42,621 bases of DNA. Source: Octopus bimaculoides (lineage: Eukaryota). The notes under the pieces were generated by a model. That model made no database searches and was not told where the DNA came from. It was given only the letters and a program-made list of their open reading frames with translations. A program made the position numbers and the translations under genes. Positions 36,599 to 42,621 of this stretch are shown here, one piece after another. The stretch covers positions 3,571,224 through 3,613,844 of the forward strand of contig NC_068991.1 of NCBI RefSeq assembly GCF_001194135.2, read 5' to 3'. The first letter of the stretch is position 1. Each line of letters opens with the position of its first letter.

Positions 36599-37334
36599 AT
36601 AATAATGTAAAGCAATGAGAGAGCTGGTGGGGCGGGTGGGGGCTGTGTGGTCACTGGATCTGCTAGAAATAACAACCGGATTCCGGGATAACAGCCTAAT
36701 CACGAACGGATTCCTGGTTCCCCTGCAGACGGGATGATCATGAGTGGAGTGCTTTTGATGAGGGGTAAGCTTAGGTTAAAGAACAACACCAACAACAAGC
36801 AAGAGCCAGCGGTCGAGGGGGTGGGGAAGGAGTTCTCTATATGGTCGACTCGGCCTGCTAGAAATAAGAGCTAAGCTTCTCTCAAAACCGAAATACATGC
36901 ATAGTATAAACGTCTTGCACCGTGTGAAAAGAAGTAAAATCGAGAACAAACCACCACCACCACCACTACCACCACAACAACAACAACAATAACAACAACA
37001 ACAACAACGACAACTATAACAACAACGTGGTCGCTCAGTCTTCTAGAAATAGTAGCTAAATATCTAAGTCCTGCCAGTTGAAACATGTCAAACTCGAGTG
37101 ACGTAAGTATTACGATATATGATTTCTGGATAAATGATGGAGTGGCCATGGCTGGAACGCTTTGAAACATAAGTAATATAGGGCTTTTTAATCAAAGATG
37201 AGCCGGGGGCTAAGCAACCTCAACAACAACAACAACAACAGCAATATGCTAGGAATGTCGAAGATACGTTGAAGATATGAGCGGGATCTCTGTTGTCTTA
37301 ACGATTAGTCACGCTTTGGAGTAATAAGAGGAAC

Positions 37335-37380
37335 TGAAGTACAGACAGACATACACATACACATACACACATACATACAC

Positions 37381-37411
<31 letters not shown>

Positions 37412-37713
37412 CATAACTGCATGCATACATACATACATGCATACATACATACATACACACATACATCCACACACATGCACACATACACACATACATACAT
37501 AAATGCATACATGCACACATGCATATATACATACATGCATACACACATACACACACATACACACACAAACACATGCACACATAAATGTACGTGCAGCATA
37601 CATACATATACATGCATACAGGCACATGCAGACACACACACACACACATATATACATACATACATACAGGCGCACATCCATCCATATACACATACACGAG
37701 AGCACATGCGCAC

Positions 37714-37757
<44 letters not shown>

Positions 37758-37760
37758 ACT
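37335..37760. repeat. Compound (CA)n/(CATA)n microsatellite; one example of dozens of (TA)n, (CA)n, (GA)n, (GATA)n, (AAC)n, (AAT)n and (GAT)n tracts in the window
   Basis: Directly visible. These tracts generate most of the supplied ORFs. Confidence 0.95.
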
Positions 37761-37878
37761 CATAACTATATCCACCAATGCTTTCGGGTATGTAGTTTTA
37801 TTTTACAGTCGCTTGGCTGATATGATTTATCACTGCCTCTTTCTTCCTTCTTTCCTTCCTTCTTTCCTTCCTTCTTTC

Positions 37879-37917
<39 letters not shown>

Positions 37918-38453
37918 TATTTATTTATTTATCTATCTATTTATTTCTCTTGTCGTCGTTGTTGTTGTTGTTGTTGTTGTTCCACTGTGCGCCGTATCAA
38001 GTTCCGTTTCTGCTTCAAGAGCGAATAAACGAACGCGAAGTCACGTGGTAAAATACGATACGTTGTTGATGTTATTATTGTTGTTTTCGTTCTTCGTCAT
38101 CCCCGTTGTCGTCTTTCTTGTTATTGTTGCTGTTGTTGGTTAACCCCTCAGATCAGTCCCGATCCACTTATGACCAACACTACCTCCGTGCTCTTTGACG
38201 CCATTTGCGGAGTCCACTCTAAGACGACCAAACTAGTAAATAAAATGCAAAAGTGAGGGGAAAGAAACACTCGTTTATTTGTCAGGAAAATGGTTTCTAT
38301 CGATTAAAAGCATATTGGAGTCATACAGGCAGTATACAAGATTCACAATCACGCATGCATGCATATATTTTTTCCAGTTCTGTATTTAAGAAATGAAGAA
38401 TTATTTACATTATTTACATTTAACAGATATTTGTCCTCATCTTGTTTGCTGTT

Positions 38454-38499
38454 AACACAACGTTTCGGCTGATATACTCTCCAGCCTTCATCAGATGTC
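38454..38499 (-). ncRNA. Minimal type I hammerhead ribozyme motif (Penelope-like-element style)
   Basis: Minus strand reads GACAU-CUGAUGA-A-GGCUG[gagaguauau]CAGCC-GAAAC-GUU/GUGUU, giving an intact core, a 5-bp stem II, a 5-bp stem I with two G.U pairs, and palindromic AACGUU in place of helix III. Confidence 0.7.
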
Positions 38500-39197
38500 T
38501 TGGGGGAAATTTCGAAACTGGGTTCTCATACACGCATACATACATACATACATGTTTACTGATCCGTATCTAACCAGGTCTTAGAAGTTCCTCTGACAGC
38601 TCCTTATTGGTTTGTTGGCGATAGTGACGTTATTGAACCCTAGGTCAGCCTTATCAAGCAGGTCTGTAATGAAATGCATTCCATCCGGAGCCACCCCATA
38701 TTTTTTTTTCTTATGTGCAGGAAATCCAGAATCACATTTCAAATATATCAAAGCTGAGTTAATGAAGATTGTGCTGTTATTTCTAGCAGGTCCACCAAGC
38801 AACCACAACAGGTTCCCTCGTTGTTTCGTGATGAGGTCTGTGTGGAGGTTGCGGGGTAAGTGTGTGTGTGTAGCGGGGGGGGGATGTGGTATGATGTGAG
38901 GAGGTGTATAGAAGTTGTGGTAGCGTGTACTTATCCCGGATAGTATTATGTAAGAGAGACGGGTGGTTGTCACACCCTTCCAGGATATATAAAACGTATG
39001 TTCGCTATGTGTTTACATAAGTATGTGTGTATGTGTGTATGTATGTATGTATGTATGTGTGTATGTATGTATGTATGTATGTATGTAAGTATTCATGTAC
39101 GTATGTATCTGTCTATTTGTCTACCTAATTGCTTATATACCTATATATGTATACACTATGCATATCTATCTATCTGTCAGTATTCAGTCCGTCTGCC

Positions 39198-39284
<87 letters not shown>

Positions 39285-40141
39285 GTTGAGAAGTAGGGAT
39301 GTGATCCACAGAGGACCAGCTTCATTTTGATGTATGATACATGTTCCTGTGTTGGTAATTATACCTGTCCTAAACAAAATGGCATGTGTATATATGTATG
39401 CATGTATGTATGTATATATATATATGTGTGTGTGGTTGTGTGTGTGCGTAAATGCGTTTATATGTAAGGATATACACAACAATTAACCCCAATGTCATAT
39501 TTATAATGAACAGCCAATCACACAACACCAATCACGCACACATACGTCCTCTCTCACATACGTCCTCTCACACATACGTCCTCTCTCACACACACACACA
39601 CACGCACACATAGGGGTACATAAATGATGCGAATGATGCATAGGGTGCGATGTCTTACGAAACGAAGGCCAGTGGAACTTATCACAAATTACGTAAAAAT
39701 TGTGCGACTGTTGCTAATTAATTAGATATATGCGTCAGTGGCTAATTAATTAGATATGTTGGAGATAAACGGAGATAAGAGATTGCTGTGGATACGTGTG
39801 AGTATGTGTGAGTGCGTTTATACAAGACTGAATGTGTATTTGTTTGCGTACGTGTGTGTGTGTGTGTGTGTGTGTGTTTGTGTATGTATGTATAAAGAAA
39901 TATAGTTGGATTTTCGGTATTGGTATACATAAGCATGTATATAAGTGCGTATGTATGCGTGTGGTTATGTGGTAAGAAGTTAGACGCGTGCGTAGCTTTG
40001 TGTTAAGAAGTTTGCTTCCTGACCACATGATTCTGGGCTTAGTTCCACTACATGTGTCTTCTACCATAGCCCCAGGCCAACTAAAGCCTCGTGAGTGGAT
40101 CTGGTAGGCCGAAACCGAAAGAAGCCCGTTGTATATATATA

Positions 40142-40235
40142 TATGAGGGGAAATCAAAAATCATCCGCACTTCCGCCATGACACATCTTTATCATCGTCA
40201 CACTACTTTCTGCGCATGCGTGCGCACACATTCAC
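40142..40235 (+). mobile_element. Possible mariner-type element end
   Basis: TATGAGGGGAAATCAAAAATCATCCGCAC resembles TA(C/T)GAGGG-starting mariner TIRs. It sits between two SINE fragments and no transposase follows. Confidence 0.35.
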
Positions 40236-40917
40236 ATATATATACGACGGTCTTCTTTCTGTTTTTGGTTCGAGGCTATAGTAGCAGACACCTGCCCAAG
40301 GTGTCACGCAGTGGTACTGAATCATATGTATGTATGTATGTCGTAAATATCTATTTTAAGTGTATGCAAATCCATAATGAAATCACTTCCATTCATTATA
40401 CATAAGTATACACATTACATTACAATACGTATGCATGTAATGTAATGTAATGTACATACATACATACATACATATGTAAATATATATATGATTTTATGGT
40501 TTACTTTATAGGTTTCATCCGGCACCTCACTTCACCCCACACACAAACACACGCGCAACAATGTACATAAACCCGAAAGCTTACTCATCGCCATAGTTAC
40601 AGAATGTGTCTTTAAACACTCACATACGTATAGGTTATATAAGACATTGCGATGAGTGTGAAATGTGGCCTGAGGCTAAAAAGACAAAAAGAAAAAACAA
40701 GAAAAAAATGGGGGAAAAAAAATGAATCAGCTTTTGATATTGCTCAAAATCGTGGAAATAGAAAAGAAACAACATCAACAACAACAACAACAACAATAGC
40801 AACAGCAACAACAACAACAACAACAACAATAATAAAAATAATCGCAACAATAGGAATAGTAACTGTGTGTGTAGGCGATAAAATACTTCTTTTTGAATGA
40901 AAGTAAAAATTCGTATA

Positions 40918-40974
<57 letters not shown>

Positions 40975-42621
40975 TTGTTAAATTAGATTACTTCATTATC
41001 GTTCTGAGGTGCTAATATAACGTGTAAACTGCTTCTGAAAAACACACTGGTTTCCGTGTTTATAATATGATAATAAATGTATGCTGTTTAAAATTAATGT
41101 ATCACACACATACGGATGTATGCGCCTATGTATGTACGAATTACATATACATATATGGGGGTGGGGGTGGGGTGGAGATTGAGAGAAAAAGACGGGGAGT
41201 GAGAGGTGCGATTTCTTGTTTCGCCTAAAGGAAATTATTTTTCTAACAATATTGTGTCTTTCATCAAAAAGAATATATATATATATGTTAATATGTGTGT
41301 GAATGTTTGTATATGTGTGTGTGTAAGCCCACACACACACTCACACGCACGCGCACACACACACTCACACGCACGCGCACACACACACACAATACTAAAA
41401 ACGCAAAAAATTCATGAATGATTCATAATTTATTTCTGTTCTACAGTTGTTTCAATGGTTAGAATATCAGTTACATTTATATAATTACGTAATTACTATA
41501 TATAGAATGCATAATTTATAAATCTATGTGTGCGTATATGTGTACGTATACTTGTATAGACATAATGGACGTATTACGCTAATGTTTCACTCTTGCTTCT
41601 TGTCTATTTTTTCCAGGAGCGTTTATGTTTTTAATGTTGTTCACATCATTGGTTTAAACTCACTGTGCAGGTGTCGAGACCACAATGATATTCACTAGGC
41701 AGCTGACGATGGCGATATATATTTGATATGCTTTTTACCTGTGAATCTGTAAGATGTCCTTTATTTGTGCAAAGCTGAACTTGTTGAGGGCTTCTTGGTT
41801 TCTTGGTTTATGGTGGTTTTGTTTCATATATATTATATCCTGCGTTAATACTGCGTGAATGTCCTCTATTCGGTTTCTAATTATGGTCAGATTAATATTT
41901 ATTTAAGGGATTCTAGTTTTGGGAGGTTTCGTCGCATATAGATATTGCAAATGAGAGGATTCAGGCTTATGAAGTACCACAATGTCTTGTTGCAGTGGCG
42001 GCCCCGTATTCCTTCCTACTCAGTTCTGAAGATGTATTTTTGGACATTTTAAAGTCTTGTCAAGGAAGAAAAGCGTCGATCTGTCGCTTTTCTGTTTAAC
42101 AACAACGACCACGACCACGACCACGACTACGACGACGATGATATTGATAACAGCAATAGTGGCAGTAGCAGCAATATCAACAACAAGAATAAAAACAATT
42201 CTAACAAAAATAGCAACAACAACAACAACACCAAAGCAACAAAACAACAACAACAGTAACAACAACAAGACACGTTTATGATTTTTATTATCTTGCAAAA
42301 CATGGAAGTAAAATTGACAGGAATGCCGTAGATTTGTTGCTGCCGTGGCTGCTGCTGCTGCTGCTGCTTCTGTAGTTGTTATTATTGTTGTTGTTGTTGT
42401 TGTTGGTATTGGTGGTGACGGTGGAGGTAATATTATTCTTGCTGGTGCTGTTATTTAGCGCCCTGTAGGTCAAGCTGATTGAGCAGGCCCTACGATGAAA
42501 GGGAGTTCTGTATTATATAATGCATCTTTTCTTCCTTTTTAAGATTTTAGAGCGTGATTAGAGGGAGATTTGGGTTTCTATTTCTAGCAAGTCAAATGTG
42601 CACGAACAACTCTTCTCATTG

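Noticed and set aside
41482-41495. 14-bp perfect palindrome TAATTACGTAATTA
   Set aside because: A few palindromes of this length are expected in 42 kb of AT-rich DNA.

Overview
This is eukaryotic, AT-rich, microsatellite-saturated DNA with 10 assembly gaps (about 3.8 kb of N). The repeat families and simple-repeat density suggest an octopus (coleoid cephalopod) short-read scaffold; that is inference and is not confirmed. Only one host coding exon is supportable: the first coding exon of a RhoU/RhoV (Wrch1/Chp)-type atypical Rho GTPase on the minus strand (6592 to 6064). Its intron 1 runs off the left end of the window, so roughly 36 kb lies upstream of it. The rest is made of three tRNA-derived SINE families, a fourth (AAC)n-tailed short element found in head-to-tail clusters, two decayed Tc1 transposases, RTE and CR1/L2 LINE remnants and several inverted-repeat structures. 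Nearly all ORFs in the supplied track are microsatellite or gap artefacts. The most notable unannotated signals are three sequence-unrelated hammerhead-ribozyme-like motifs (8052-8096 +, 23175-23223 +, 38454-38499 -) and a roughly 700-bp modular foldback palindrome (9868-10566). Also notable are DD36E catalytic spacing in one Tc1 fossil and the long Gly/Ser/Gln, PxxP-free N-terminus of the RhoU homolog. I found no evidence of a multi-gene novel system.
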